A DNA stretch of 64,000 bases from Octopus sinensis (taxonomy: Eukaryota): NCBI RefSeq assembly GCF_006345805.1, contig NC_043025.1, forward strand, positions 1,178,001-1,242,000. Reading direction: 5' to 3'. Shown piece by piece: positions 1-12,524 of the stretch; positions within the stretch are counted from its first letter, which is position 1; each line of letters opens with the position of its first letter. The notes beneath the pieces are model-generated. The model ran no database searches. It saw only the letters and a list, made by a program, of their open reading frames with translations, and was not told where the DNA came from. Position numbers and translations under genes: made by a program.

Positions 1-135
1 AGAATACCTAGCAAAAAAAACTTCCTCACGACGTTCAGTTATATCCCTTTATTTTCAAAATTGAACCTTTTTCAGAAAAACTTTCATCTTTCACGTTTAA
101 AACAGACGCTGAGAGTTTGGGGTTATCTGACTAAT

Positions 136-537
136 CTTTACTAGTTTCAGTCAATTGACTGCGGCCATGCTGGAGCACCGCCTTTTTAGTCGAGCAAATC
201 GACCCCGGGACTTATTCTTTGTAAGCCCAGTACTTATTCTATCGGTCTCTTTTGCCGAACCGCTAATTTACGGTGACGTAAACACACCAGCATCGGTTGT
301 CAAGCAATGCTAGGGGGACAAACACAGACACACAAACACATATACACACATATATATATATATACATATATACGACAGGCTTCTTTCAGTTTCCGTCTAC
401 CAAATCCACTCACAAGGCATTGGTCGGCCCGAGGCTATAGTAGAAGACACTTGCCCAAGGTGCCACGCAGTGGGACTGAACCCGGAACCATGCGGTTGGT
501 AAACAAGCTACTTACCACACAGCCACTCCTGCGCCTA
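136..537 (-). mobile_element. tRNA-headed SINE, family 'C' (about 400 bp, internal TA/TG microsatellite)
   Basis: Reverse complement of the full copy at 36991-37415. Head ggcgcaggagtggctgtgtggtaag has an A-box-like TGGCTGTGTGG and a B-box-like GGTTCAGTCCC, followed by a MIR/CORE-like caccttgggcaagtg. Confidence 0.85.
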
Positions 538-744
538 CCTGACTAATCTTTACTTGTTTCAGTTATTTGACTGCGGCCATGCTTGAGAACCGCCTTTAGT
601 CGAGCAAATCGACCCCAGGACTTATTCTTTGTAAGCCTTCTACTAATTCTATTGGTGTCTTTTGCTGAACCACTAAGTTACGGGGTCGTAAACACACCAG
701 CATCGGTTGTCAAGCACACCCACCCCCTGCGCCTATATACATAT

Positions 745-977
745 AAGGCGGCGAGCAGGCAGAAAGGTTAGCACGCCGGGCGAAATGCGTAGCCGTATTT
801 CGTCTGTCGTTACGTTTAGAGTTCAAATTCCGCCGAGGTCAACTTTGCCTTTCATCCTTTCGGGGTCGATAAATTAAGTACCAGTTACGCACTGGGGTCG
901 ATGTAATCGACTTAATACCTATGTCTGTCCTTGTTTGTCCCCTCTATGTTTAGCCCCTTGTGGGTAATAAAGAAATA
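745..977 (+). mobile_element. tRNA-headed SINE, family 'A'
   Basis: Begins aaggcggcgagcaggcagaaaggttagc, has a B-box-like GAGTTCAAATTCC and ends gggtaataaagaaat. Same family as 3533, 8665, 16283 and 53550. Confidence 0.85.
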
Positions 978-1750
978 GGTTGTCAAGCGATGTTGGGGGG
1001 ACAAACACAGACACACAAACATATACATACATATATATACGACGGGCTTCTTTCAGTTTCCGTCTACCAAATCCACTCACAAGGCTTTGGTCGGCCCGGG
1101 GCTATAGCAGAAGACACTTGCCCGAGATGCCACGCAGTGGGACTGAACCCGACCCATGTGTTTGGTAAGCAAGAGACATACCACACAGCCACTCCTACGC
1201 CTATAAACATATATACGACGGGCTTCTTTCAGTTTCCGTCAACTAAATCCACTCACAAGGATTTGGTCGGGCCGACGCTACAGTAGAAGACACTTGCCCA
1301 AGGTGCCACGCAGTGGGACTGAACCCGGAAGCACGTGGATGGTAAGCAAGCTACTTACCACACAGCCACTCCTATGCCTATATACATATATACGACGAGC
1401 TTCTTTCAGTTTCCGTCTACTAAGTCCACTCACAAGGCTTTGGTCGGCCCGAGGCTATAGTAGAAGACAATTGCCCAAGGTGCCATACAGTGGGACTGAA
1501 CCCGGAACCACGTGGTTGGTAAGCAAGCTACTTACCACACAATCACTCCTGCGCCTATATATATAAATATATATATATATATACAACAGGCTTCTTTCAG
1601 TACCCGTCTACCAAATCCACTCACAAGGCTTTGGTCGGCCCGAGGCTATAGTAGAAGACACTTGCCCAAGGTGCCACGCAGTGGGACTGAACCCGGAACC
1701 ACGTGGCTGGTAAGCAAGCTACTTACCACACAGCCACTCCTACCCCTATG
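978..1750 (-). repeat. Head-to-tail run of four family-C SINE 5' halves (about 175-bp units separated by TA tracts)
   Basis: acgacgggcttctttcagtttccgtc...cacacagccactcct..gcctat recurs near 1040, 1215, 1393 and 1585. Confidence 0.85.
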
Positions 1751-1799
1751 GTGATGTGACTTGGTTGATGTGTGTCTATATACGTATGTTTGAACTAAG

Positions 1800-2915
1800 T
1801 AATAGTGGCTCCGGCAGAAGGTAATGGCAAAACTTCTGCTGACTCTTTGCCACAACTTTCTCTCACTCTTTCCTCCTGCATCTTGCAGCTCACCTGCGAT
1901 GGACTGGCGTCCCGTCCAGGTGGGGAACCTATACGCCGAGGAAACTGGGAAACCGGCCCTTATGAGCCAGGGATGGCTCGAGAAGGAACAAACAAACAAT
2001 ATATATATAAATGGAGGCACATGACCTAGTGGTTAGAGCAGTGAACTCGCGGTCGAGGGATCGCGGGTTCGAATCTCAGAGCGGGCGATGTGTGTATTTA
2101 TGAGCGAAAACACCTAAGCTCCACGTGGCTCCGGCAGAAGGTAATGGCGAACTTCCGCTGACTCTTTCGCCACAACTTTCTCTCACTCTTTCCTCCTGCA
2201 TCTTGCAGCTCACCTGCGATGGACTGGCGTCCCGTCCAGGTGGGGAACCTATACGCCAAGGAAACCGGCCTTTATGAGCCAGGGATGGCTCGAGAAGGAA
2301 CAAACAAACAATATATATATAAATGGAGGCACATGGCCTAGTGGTTAGAGCAGTGAACTCGCGGTCGAGGGATCGCGGGTTCGAATCTCAGACCGGGTGA
2401 TGTGTGTATTTATGAGCGAAAACACCTAAGCTCCACGTGGCTCCGGCAGAAGGTAATGGCGAACTTCCGCTGACTCTTTCGCCACAACTTTCTCTCACTC
2501 TTTCCTCCTGCATATTGCAGCTCACCTGTGACGGACTGGCGTCCCGTCCAGGTGGGGAACCTATACGCCGAGGAAACTGGGAAACCGGCCCAAGAAAGAA
2601 CAAACTACTATATATATGTGTGTCTGTGTGTGTGGAGGCACATGGCCTAGTGTTTAGAGCAGAGGACTCGCGGTCGAGGGATCGCGGGTTCGAATCTCAG
2701 ACCGGGCAATGTGTGTATTTATGAGCGAAAACACCTAAGCTCCACACGGCTCCGGCAGAAGGTAATGGCGAACTTCTGCTGACTCTTTCGCCACAACTTT
2801 CTCTCACTCTTTCCTCCTGCATCTTGCAGCTCACCAGCGATGGATTGGCGTCCCGTCCAGGTGGGGAATCTATACGCCAAGAAACCGGGAAACAGGGATG
2901 GCTCGAGAAGGAACG
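1800..2915 (+). mobile_element. Tandem tRNA-Arg-like SINEs with a V-domain-like core, family 'B' (1 partial + 3 full, about 313-bp period)
   Basis: Head ggaggcacatggcctagtggttagagc...gggttcgaatctc. Core cctgcgatggactggcgtcccgtccagg resembles the conserved V-SINE domain. Confidence 0.8.
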
Positions 2916-2959
2916 AACAAAAACTTCTCCATACATCACAAGGAACATATTTTCAGTTA

Positions 2960-3520
2960 GCAATCCCGGTTTCTTGGCGTATAGGTTCCCCACCTGGACG
3001 GGACGCCAGTCCATCGCAGGTGAGCTGCAAGATGCAGGAGGAAAGAGTGAGAGAAAGTTGTGGTGAAAGAGTCAGCAGAAGTTCGCCATTACCTTCTGCC
3101 GGAGCCACGTGGAGCTTAGGTGTTTTCGCTCATAAACACACACATCGCCCGGTCTGAGATTCGAACCCGCGATCCCTCGACCGCGAGTCCGCTGCTCTAA
3201 CTACTAGGCCATGTGCTTCCATATATATACATATTGTTTGTTCCTTCTCGAGCCACGCCTGGCTCATAAGGGCCGGTTTCCTTGGCGTATAGGTTCCCCA
3301 CCTGGACGGGACGCCAGTCCATCGCAGGTGAGCTGCAAGATGCAGGAGGAAAGAGTGAGAGAAAGTTGTGGCGAAAGAGTCAGCAGAAGTTTTGCCATTA
3401 CCTTCTGCCGGAGCCGCGTGGAGCTTAGGTGTTTTCGCTCATAAACACACACATCACCCAGTCTGAGATTCGAACCTGCGATCCCTCGACCACTAGTCTG
3501 CTGCTCTAACCACTAGGCCA
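2960..3520 (-). mobile_element. Two family-B SINEs in inverted orientation
   Basis: Reverse complement of the 2012-2915 units, including the same inter-unit spacer (aacaaacaatat...atggargcac). Confidence 0.85.
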
Positions 3521-3532
3521 TATAAACACTTA

Positions 3533-5990
3533 GAAGGCGGCGAGCTGGCAGAATGGTTAGCACGCCGGGCGAAATGCGTAGCCGTATTTCGTCTGCCGTT
3601 AAGTGTTCTGGGTTCAAATTCCGCCGAGGTCGACTTTGCCTTTCATCCTTTCGGGGTCGATAAATTAAGTACCAGTTACGCACTGTGGTCTATGTAATCG
3701 ACTTAATCCCTTTGTCTGTCCTTGCTTGTCCCCTCTGTGTTTAGCCCCTTGTGGGTAGTAAAGAAATAGGTATTTCGTCTGCCGTTAAGTGTTCTGGGTT
3801 CAAATTCCGCCGAGGTCCACTTTGCCTTCCATCCTTTCGGGGTCGATAAATTAAGTACCAGTTACGCACTGGGGTCGATGTAATCGACTTAATCCCTTTG
3901 TCTGTCCTTCTTTGTCCCCTCTGTGTATAGCCCCTTGTGGGTAGTAAAGAAATAGGTATTTCGTCTGCCGTTAAGTGTTCTGGGTTAAAATTCCGCCGAG
4001 GTCCACTTTGCCTTTCATCCTTTCGGGATCGATAAATTAAGTACCAGTTACGCACTGGGGTCGATGTAATCGACTTAATCCCTTTGTCTGTCCTTATTTG
4101 TCTCCTCTGTGTTTAGCCCCTTGTGGGTAGTAAAGAAATAGGTATTTCGTCTGCCGTTAAGTGTTCTGGGTTCAAATTCCGCCGAGGTCCTCTTTGCCTT
4201 TTATCCTTTCGGGGTCGATAAATTAAGTACCAGTTACGCACTGGGGTCGATGTAATCGACTTAATCCCTTTGTCTGTCCTTATTTGTCTCCTCTGTGTTT
4301 AGCCCCTTGTGGGTAGTAAAGAAATAGGTATTTCGTCTGCCGTTAAGTGTTCTGGGTTCAAATTCCGCCGAGGTCGACTTTGCCTTTCATCCTTTCGGGG
4401 TCGATAAATTAAGTACCAGTTACGCACTGTGGTCTATGTAATCGACTTAATCCCTTTGTCTGTCCTTGCTTGTCCCCTCTGTGTTTAGCCCCTTGTGGGT
4501 AGTAAAGAAATAGGTATTTCGTCTGCCGTTAAGTGTTCTGGGTTCAATTCCGCCGAGTCCACTTGCCTTCCATCCTTTCGGGGTCGATAAATTAAGTACC
4601 AGTTACGCACTGGGGTCGATGTAATCGACTTAATCCCTTTGTCTGTCCTTCTTTGTCCCCTCTGTGTATAGCCCCTTGTGGGTAGTAAAGAAATAGGTAT
4701 TTCGTCTGCCGTTAAGTGTTCTGGGTTAAAATTCCGCCGAGGTCCACTTTGCCTTTCATCCTTTCGGGATCGATAAATTAAGTACCAGTTACGCACTGGG
4801 GTCGATGTAATCGACTTAATCTTTGTCTGTCCTTATTTGTCTCCTCTGTGTTTAGCCCTTGTGGGTAGTAAAGAAATAGGTATTTCGTCTGCCGTTAAGT
4901 GTTCTGGGTTCAAATTCCGCCGAGGTCCTCTTGCCTTTTATCCTTTCGGGGTCGATAAATTAAGTACCAGTTACGCACTGGGGTCGATGTAATCGACTTA
5001 ATCCCTTTGTCTGTCCTTATTTGTCTCCTCTGTGTTTAGCCCTTGTGGGTAGTAAAGAAATAGGTATTTCGTCTGCCGTTAAGTGTTCTGGGTTCAAATT
5101 CCGCCGAGGTCGACTTTGCCTTTCATCCTTTCGGGGTCGATAAATTAAGTACCAGTACGCACTGTGGTCTATGTAATCGACTTAATCCATTTGTCTGTCC
5201 TTGCTTGTCCCCTCTGTGTTTAGCCCCTTGTGGGTAGTAAAGAAATAGGTATTTCGTCTGCCGTTAAGTGTTCTGGGTTCAAATTCCGCCGAGGTCCACT
5301 TTGCCTTCCATCCTTCGGGGTCGATAAATTAAGTACCAGTTACGCACTGGGGTCGATGTAATCGACTTAATCCCTTTGTCTGTCCTTCTTTGTCCCCTCT
5401 GTGTATAGCCCCTTGTGGGTAGTAAAGAAATAGGTATTTCGTCTGCCGTTAAGTGTTCTGGGTTAAAATTCCGCCGAGGTCCACTTTGCCTTTCATCCTT
5501 TCGGGATCGATAAATTAAGTACCAGTTACGCACTGGGGTCGATGTAATCGACTTAATCCCTTTGTCTGTCCTTATTTGTCTCCTCTGTGTTTAGCCCCTT
5601 GTGGGTAGTAAAGAAATAGGTATTTCGTCTGCCGTTAAGTGTTCTGGGTTCAAATTCCGCCGAGGTCCTCTTTGCCTTTTATCCTTTCGGGGTCGATAAA
5701 TTAAGTACCAGTTACGCACTGGGGTCGATGTAATCGACTTAATCCCTTTGTCTGTCCTTATTTGTCTCCTCTGTGTTTAGCCCCTTGTGGGTAGTAAAGA
5801 AATAGGTATTTCGTCTGCCGTTAAGTGTTCTGGGTTCAAATTCCGCCGAGGTCGACTTTGCCTTTCATCCTTTCGGGGTCGATAAATAAAGTACCAGTTA
5901 CGCACTGGGGTCGATGTAATCGACTTAATCCCTTTGTCTGTCCTTGTTTGTCTCCTCTGTGTTTAGCCACTTGTGGGTAGTAAAGAAATA
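3533..5990 (+). repeat. Family-A SINE followed by a 186-bp tandem array (13 monomers, 744-bp higher-order repeat)
   Basis: ggtatttcgtctgccg occurs at 3769, 3955, 4141, 4327 and onward. Diagnostic variants cycle ABCD three times, then A'. Confidence 0.95.
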
Positions 5991-6194
5991 TATATAAACA
6001 CTTACCCTTTTTCTGACAGAATATCCGGAGCCACATAAGTAGGGGTTCCGCAAACAACGAACAAGGGTTGTTTTGCATCGGTTGCTAATCCAAAATCTCC
6101 AAGTTTCACAGCCTTTGATCCATCATTCATCTCGCAGACCTGAAAAAAAGGAATAAAATGAAATCACAAGATGGCTTTTTGGCTTTTATAATTT

Positions 6195-6472
6195 GAAGAT
6201 CATCATTGTCATCATCATCATCGTCATCATTGTCGTCGTCGTCGTCGTCATCATCATCATCCTCATCATCCTCATCCTCATCAACATCATCATCATCATC
6301 ATCATCATAATCATCGTCATCATCAACAACATCATCATCATCATCATCATCATCGTCATCATCATCGTCATCATCATCCTCATAATCATAATCATCATAA
6401 TCATCACCATCGTCATCATCGTTATCATCGTCATCATCGTCGTCATCATCGTCGTCGTCGTCATTATCATCG

Positions 6473-6524
<52 letters not shown>

Positions 6525-6580
6525 TATTATTATTACCATCACCATCACCATCACCATCATCATCATCATCATCATCATCG
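6195..6580. repeat. (ATC/GTC)n trinucleotide microsatellite
   Basis: Visible directly; it explains the poly-Ile and poly-Met ORFs. Confidence 0.95.
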
Positions 6581-6736
6581 TTTAATGTCCGTTTTCCGTG
6601 CTAGCACGGGTTGGACGGTTCGACTGAGGTTTTGGAAGCCAGGAGGCTGCACCAGGCCCCAGTGTGATCTGGCAGTGTTTCTACAGCTGGATGCCCTTCC
6701 TAACGCCAACAACACCGTGAGTGTAGTGGGTGCTAC

Positions 6737-6798
<62 letters not shown>

Positions 6799-6958
6799 TA
6801 TCATCGTTTAACGTCCGTTTTCCATGCTAGCATAGTTTGGACGGTTCGACCAGGGTCTGGGATGCCAGAAGGCTGCACCAGGCCCCAGTCAGATCTGGCA
6901 GTGTTTCTACAGCTGGAAGCCCTTCCTAACGCCAACCACTCCGTGAGTGTAGGGGTGC

Positions 6959-7029
<71 letters not shown>

Positions 7030-7591
7030 TCATATCATCGTTTAACGTCCGCTTTCCATGCTAGCGTGGGTTGGACGGTTCGACCGGGGATCTGGGATGC
7101 CAGAAGGCTGCACCAGGCCCCAGTCTGATCTGGCAATGTTTCTACAGCTGAATGCCCTTCCTAACGCCAACCACTCCAAGAGTGTCGTGAGTGCTACATA
7201 TATATATAATATATATATATATATAATATATATATATATCATCGTTTAACGTACGTTTTCCATGATAGCAAAGGTTAGACGGTTTGACTGAGATTTGGGA
7301 AGCCAGGAGGCTGCACCAGGCTCCAGTCTGATCTGGCAGTGTTTCTACAGCTGGATGCCCTTCCTAACGCCAACCACTCCAAGAGTGTAGTGGGTGCTAC
7401 ATGTATATATATAATATATATATATCATCATATCTTCGTTTAACATCCGTTTTCCATGCTAGCATAGGTTGGACGGTTCGACCGGGGTCTGGGAAGCCAG
7501 AAGGCTGCACCAGGCCCCAGTCTGATCTGGCAGAGTTTCTACAGCTTGATGCCCTTCCTAACGCCAACCACTCCAAGAGTGTAGTGGGTGC

Positions 7592-7640
<49 letters not shown>

Positions 7641-7745
7641 TCATATCTTCGTTTAACGTCCGTTTTCCATGCTAGCATAGGTTGGACGGTTCGACCGGGG
7701 TCTGGGAAGCCAGGAGGCTGCACCAGGTTCCATTCTTATCTGGCA
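6575..7745 (-). repeat. Tandem array of six ~165-bp retroelement 3' ends (GAT tail), mostly separated by (TA)n
   Basis: atcgtttaacgtccgttttccatgctagc...gcccttcctaacgccaaccactcc...gtgctacat is repeated. The same sequence forms the 3' end of the longer copy at 29480-29790. Confidence 0.9.
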
Positions 7746-7751
7746 GTGTTT

Positions 7752-8520
7752 CTACATATTTAGGAAGTAAGATAACGTTTTCAGGCGGCACCGAGGAAGA
7801 TATTCGGACGAGAATAAGTAAGGCAAGGACCGCTTTTCACCTGTTAAAGAAAGTATGGAGTGCAAGTGTAATTTCAATAAAGAACAAAATAAGATTTCTT
7901 TACAAAAATAAGCGGTGTTATTGTATGGGGCTGAGACATGGCGAACAACAGTTAAGTCAAATAAGCAAATAGAATCAATCATCAACAGATGCTTGCGTAG
8001 TATACTTGAAATTAAATGGCCCCAACACATAAGCAATATGGAGCGATGGCAAAGAACAAATCAAGTTTCGATTAGGGAGCAAATATTTAAGAAAAAGTGG
8101 AAGTGGTTTGGTAGTACAATTAGAAAAGACACACCAAATGTAGCGAAAAGTGCTTTAAAGTGGAAACCGGTTGGATATAGAAGGAAAGGTAGGCCTAAGA
8201 ACTCGTGGCGGAGATCAACACATAAGGAACTAGAGAAAGGGGGACATAAGTGGCTTATACTCAGCGTTGGAGGGTTAAAGGCACAAAGAAAAAGACACAC
8301 CAAATATAGCAAAAAGTTCTTTAAGGTGGAAACCGGTTGGATATAGAAGAAGAGTTGGCCCTAAGAACTCGTGGCGGAGATTAACACATAAGGAACTAGA
8401 GAAAAGGGGACATACATGGCAGAGTATAAGTACAAGAGCAAAGAATTATGCGACATGGAATTCAACTATATGTGGCCTACACTCCGCGCTGGAGGGTTTA
8501 AGGAATTAAGAAGAAAGAAT
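7752..8520 (+). pseudogene. RTE-clade LINE ORF C-terminal fragment (5'-truncated, frameshifted, duplicated 3' end)
   Basis: YLGSKITFSGGTEEDIRTRISKARTAF, LLYGAETW and GRPKNSWRR motifs. The last ~170 bp is present twice (about 8125-8290 and 8292-8520). Confidence 0.85.
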
Positions 8521-8664
8521 GTTTATAAAGAGCTGGAATCATTTGTCATCAGTGGGGACACAAGTGTAAAGTATAATTCTGTCTGTGTGTACGATGCTGT
8601 TAACGTCCGTCGATGGTTTTCCTCAGTCATGAGGAATAGCCATCATATGTGTATATATTATTTC

Positions 8665-8855
8665 TTTACTACCCACAAGGGGCTAAACACAGAGGGGACA
8701 AACAAGGACAGACAAAGGGATTAAGTCGATTACATCAACCCCAGTGCTTAACTGGTACTTATTTAATCGACCCCGAAAGGATGAAAGGCAAAGTCGACCT
8801 CGGCAGAATTTGAACTCAGGACGTAACAGCAGACGAAATACCTATTTCTTTACTA
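8665..8855 (-). mobile_element. Family-A SINE fragment
   Basis: Reverse complement of the array monomer, including the gaaataggtatttcgtctg junction. Confidence 0.8.
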
Positions 8856-8859
8856 CTTT

Positions 8860-9272
8860 CTCTCACTCTTACTTCCTGTTTCTTTGTACCATGAAGTCGT
8901 TGTTCTAAAAGAACGCTGGTCTCCTTGACAACGCTTTACGACGTTGATTTCATTACACTTCCTTTCCCACAGCTTCACGAGGGAGGGAAGAAGGGGGAGA
9001 AGCAACACAGGTGCAGGTGTGAGCGTGGACGCCAACTCCGCCACCATCGACACACGAAAAAATATGCGTTAAAATGGAAAATAATTATGGTAAATTATTT
9101 TTTAAATCGTGGACTCATCGTAGACGCGCGCTAATACCCAGAAGGGCTCGATATGAATCACGACTATAAGATACCCGGTTTTGGTTAAACTGCACCGCAA
9201 AATGTGGGAGTAGTTAGGAATCTAAATCGTAGGAGACAGACAGACACACAACTTCACTTTTATATATAAAGA
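8860..9272 (+). mobile_element. Putative non-autonomous Helentron/DINE-1-like element, 3' part
   Basis: Ends agacagacagacacacaacttcacttttatatataaagat, the microsatellite plus T-rich end typical of DINE-1/HINE elements. This is an inference. Confidence 0.5.
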
Positions 9273-9454
9273 TATGTATATAAAGGACAGGCGTCTTTCA
9301 GTTTTCTTCTTTCGGATCTACTCAGAAAACTCGAGGTTATGGAAGACTGTCACCTAAGGTGCAATGTCATGGGTCTGACTTAACCCGGAATCATGTGGTT
9401 GGGAAGCAAACTGCTTAGAATATAGCCCACACCCGCGACTATATATACATGCAT

Positions 9455-9681
9455 ATATACTCTTTTACTCTTTTACTTGTTTCAGTCATTGTGACTGCGG
9501 CCATGCTGGAGCACCGCCTTTTAATCGAGCAACTCGACCCCGGGACTTATTCTTTTGTAAGCCCAGTACTTCTTCTATCGGTGTCTTTTGCCGAACCGCT
9601 GAGTGACGGGGACATAAACACACCAGCATCGGTTGTCAAGCAATGCTAGGGGGGCAAACACAGACGCACAAAACACACACA

Positions 9682-9726
<45 letters not shown>

Positions 9727-9910
9727 TATATAATATATATACATATACATATATACGCAGGCTTCTTTCAGTTTCCGTCTACCAAATCCACTCACACGGC
9801 ATTGGTCGGCCCGAGGCTATAGTAGAAGACACATGCCCAAGGTGCCACGCAGTGGGACTGAACCCGGAACCATGTGGTTGGTCAGCAAGCTACTTACCAC
9901 ACAGCCACTC
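9455..9910 (-). mobile_element. Family-C SINE
   Basis: Full-length match to the reverse complement of 36991-37415. Confidence 0.85.
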
Positions 9911-10013
9911 CATATATGTATGTGTGTTTGTATATTCGTACACACACACACACACATGTACACATACATACATACTTGTATCTATCTATCTGTCTGTCTG
10001 TCTGTATATATAC

Positions 10014-10014
<1 letters not shown>

Positions 10015-10049
<35 letters not shown>

Positions 10050-10556
10050 GTGTGTGTGTGGTGTTTGCGCGCGTGCACACACACACACACAGATACACAC
10101 ACAGACACACACACACACACACTGACACACACACACACACACACAAATACACACACAGACACACACACAAATACACCCACAGACACACACACACACACAC
10201 ACAGACACACACACACACAGATACACACACAGACACACAGACACACAGACACACACACACACACACAGATACACACACACACACACACACACACACCCAG
10301 ATACACACACACCAACACAGACACACCCACACACACAGATACACACACAGACACACAGACACACAGACACACACACACACACACATACACCACACACACA
10401 CACACACACCACACACACTGACCCACACACACACACACAAACCACCCACACACCACAAATACACCACAACACACACACACACCACACAGACCACACACAC
10501 ACACAGATACACACACAGACCACACGACACACAGACACACACACACACACACACAG

Positions 10557-10589
<33 letters not shown>

Positions 10590-10684
10590 TACACACACAC
10601 ACACACAGACAACACACACACACACAGATACACACACAGACACACCACACACACACAGACACACACACACACACACACACAGAT

Positions 10685-10716
<32 letters not shown>

Positions 10717-10750
10717 ACACACACACAGACACACACACACACACACACAC
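10015..10750. repeat. (GT)n followed by a long compound (CA)n/ACAGAT microsatellite
   Basis: Visible directly. Confidence 0.95.
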
Positions 10751-10825
10751 GTCTTACATATAAAAGATACTCCTAAAAGCTCCTAATGACGGTTTTGTTG
10801 TTTTTGGGTTTTGTTTTATAGTTTT

Positions 10826-11065
10826 AGTAGTAGTAACAGCAGCAGTTGTGATGGTGGTGGTGGGAGTAGTAGTAGAGGTAGTAGTAATAGTAGTAGTAGT
10901 AGAAGTAGTAGTAGTAGTAACAACAGCAGTAGTTGTAACAGCTGCAGTTGTGGTGGTGGTGGTGGTAGTGGTAGTAGTAATAGTAGTAGTAGTAGTAGCA
11001 GTAGTAGTAGTAGTAGAAGTAGTAGTAGAAGTAGTAGTAGAGTAGTAGTAGTAGTGGTAGTAGTG

Positions 11066-11099
<34 letters not shown>

Positions 11100-11115
11100 T
11101 AATGGCAGCAGCAGC

Positions 11116-11152
<37 letters not shown>

Positions 11153-11262
11153 AAAACAGCAATAGTTGTAACAGCTGCAGTTGTGGTGGTGGTGGTGGTA
11201 GTGGTAGTAGTAATAGTAGTAGTAGTAGTAGTAGTAGCAGCAGCAGCAACAGCGGTAGTAGC

Positions 11263-11297
<35 letters not shown>

Positions 11298-11316
11298 CAG
11301 CAGGAGCAGCAGCAGC

Positions 11317-11378
<62 letters not shown>

Positions 11379-11385
11379 CAGCAGC
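10826..11385. repeat. Compound (TAG)n/(CAG)n/(GGT)n trinucleotide tract
   Basis: Visible directly. Confidence 0.95.
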
Positions 11386-11607
11386 TACGTATTGTGACTA
11401 CGATTGCCAGGCATACATTTCAAACAGACCTGACCTCACCTACTCCATATAAATAGACTGACCCAAATAACTTAGCCACGCCCACATCCTTTTGACGTCG
11501 CCTATTCCTTTTGCCCGGTGGGAGGGGAATTTCAATGATCATTACTTCCACCCTATCCTTTAGGCTCCGCCTTTTTTTTTAGAGATGATTTGCTCCTGTT
11601 TATGGAA

Positions 11608-12520
11608 GCACTCCGTCGGTTACGACGATGAGGGATCCGGTTGATCCGAATCAACGGAACAGCCTGCTCGTGGAATTAACGTGTAAGTGGCTGAGTACTC
11701 CACAGACACGTGTACCCTTAACGTAGTTCTCGGGGATATTCAGCGTGACACAGAGAGTGACAAGGCCGGCCCTTTGAAATACAGGTACAACAGAAACAGG
11801 AAGAAAGAGTGAATGACAATTGTGGTGAAAGAGTACAGCAGTTCACCACCATCCCCTGCAGGAGCACTGTCGGTTACGACGATGAGGGTTCCAGTTGATC
11901 CGAATCAATGGACAGCCTGCTCGTGGAATTAACGTGTAAGTGGCTGAGTACTCCACAGACACGTGTACCCTTAACGTAGTTCTCGGGGATATTCAGCGTG
12001 ACACAGAGAGTGACAGGCCGGCCCTTTGAAATACAGGTACAACAGAAACAGGAAGTAAGAGTGAGAGAAAGTTGTGGTGAAAGAGAGCACAGGGATCACC
12101 ACCATCCCCTGCCGGAGCACTCCGTCGGTTACGACGATGAGGGTTCCAGTTGATCCGAATCAATGGACAGCCTGCTCGTGGAATAACGTGTAAGTGGCTG
12201 AGCTCCACAGACACGTGTACCCTTAACGTAGTTCTCGGGGATATTCAGCGTGACACAGAGAGTGACAAGGCCGGCCCCTTGAAATTCAGGTACAACAGAA
12301 ACAGGAAGTAAGAGTGAGAGAAAGTTTGTGTGGAAAGAGTACAGCAGGGATCACCACCACCCCCTGCAGGAGCACTCCGTCGGTTACGACGATGAGGGTT
12401 CCAGTTGATCCGAATCAACGGAACAGCCTGCTCGTGGAATTAACGTGTAAGTGGCTGAGTACTCCACAGACACGTGTACCCTTAACGTAGTTCTCGGGGA
12501 TATTCAGCGTGACACAGAGA
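11608..12520 (-). repeat. About 255-bp tandem array (3.6 copies) of the 3' body of family-D SINE
   Basis: gcactccgtcggttacgacgatgagg occurs at about 11608, 11864, 12117 and 12372. It matches the single full copy at 46200-46580. Confidence 0.9.
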
Positions 12521-12524
12521 GGAA

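Noticed and set aside
2012-2090. tRNA genes at SINE heads (also 745, 36991, 46510, 54612)
   Set aside because: A and B boxes are present but there is no complete cloverleaf, and they continue into SINE bodies.
3533-5990. Repeated 80-104 aa ORFs or a CRISPR-like array
   Set aside because: Antisense translations of SINE monomers, with no unique spacers.
6186-6585. Poly-Ile/Met, poly-Val, His-Thr and Ile-Tyr ORFs throughout the window
   Set aside because: Microsatellite translations.
11440-11575. TATA, GC-box and CRE-like motifs
   Set aside because: Short motifs are expected by chance, there is no downstream gene, and the segment is probably transposon-internal.
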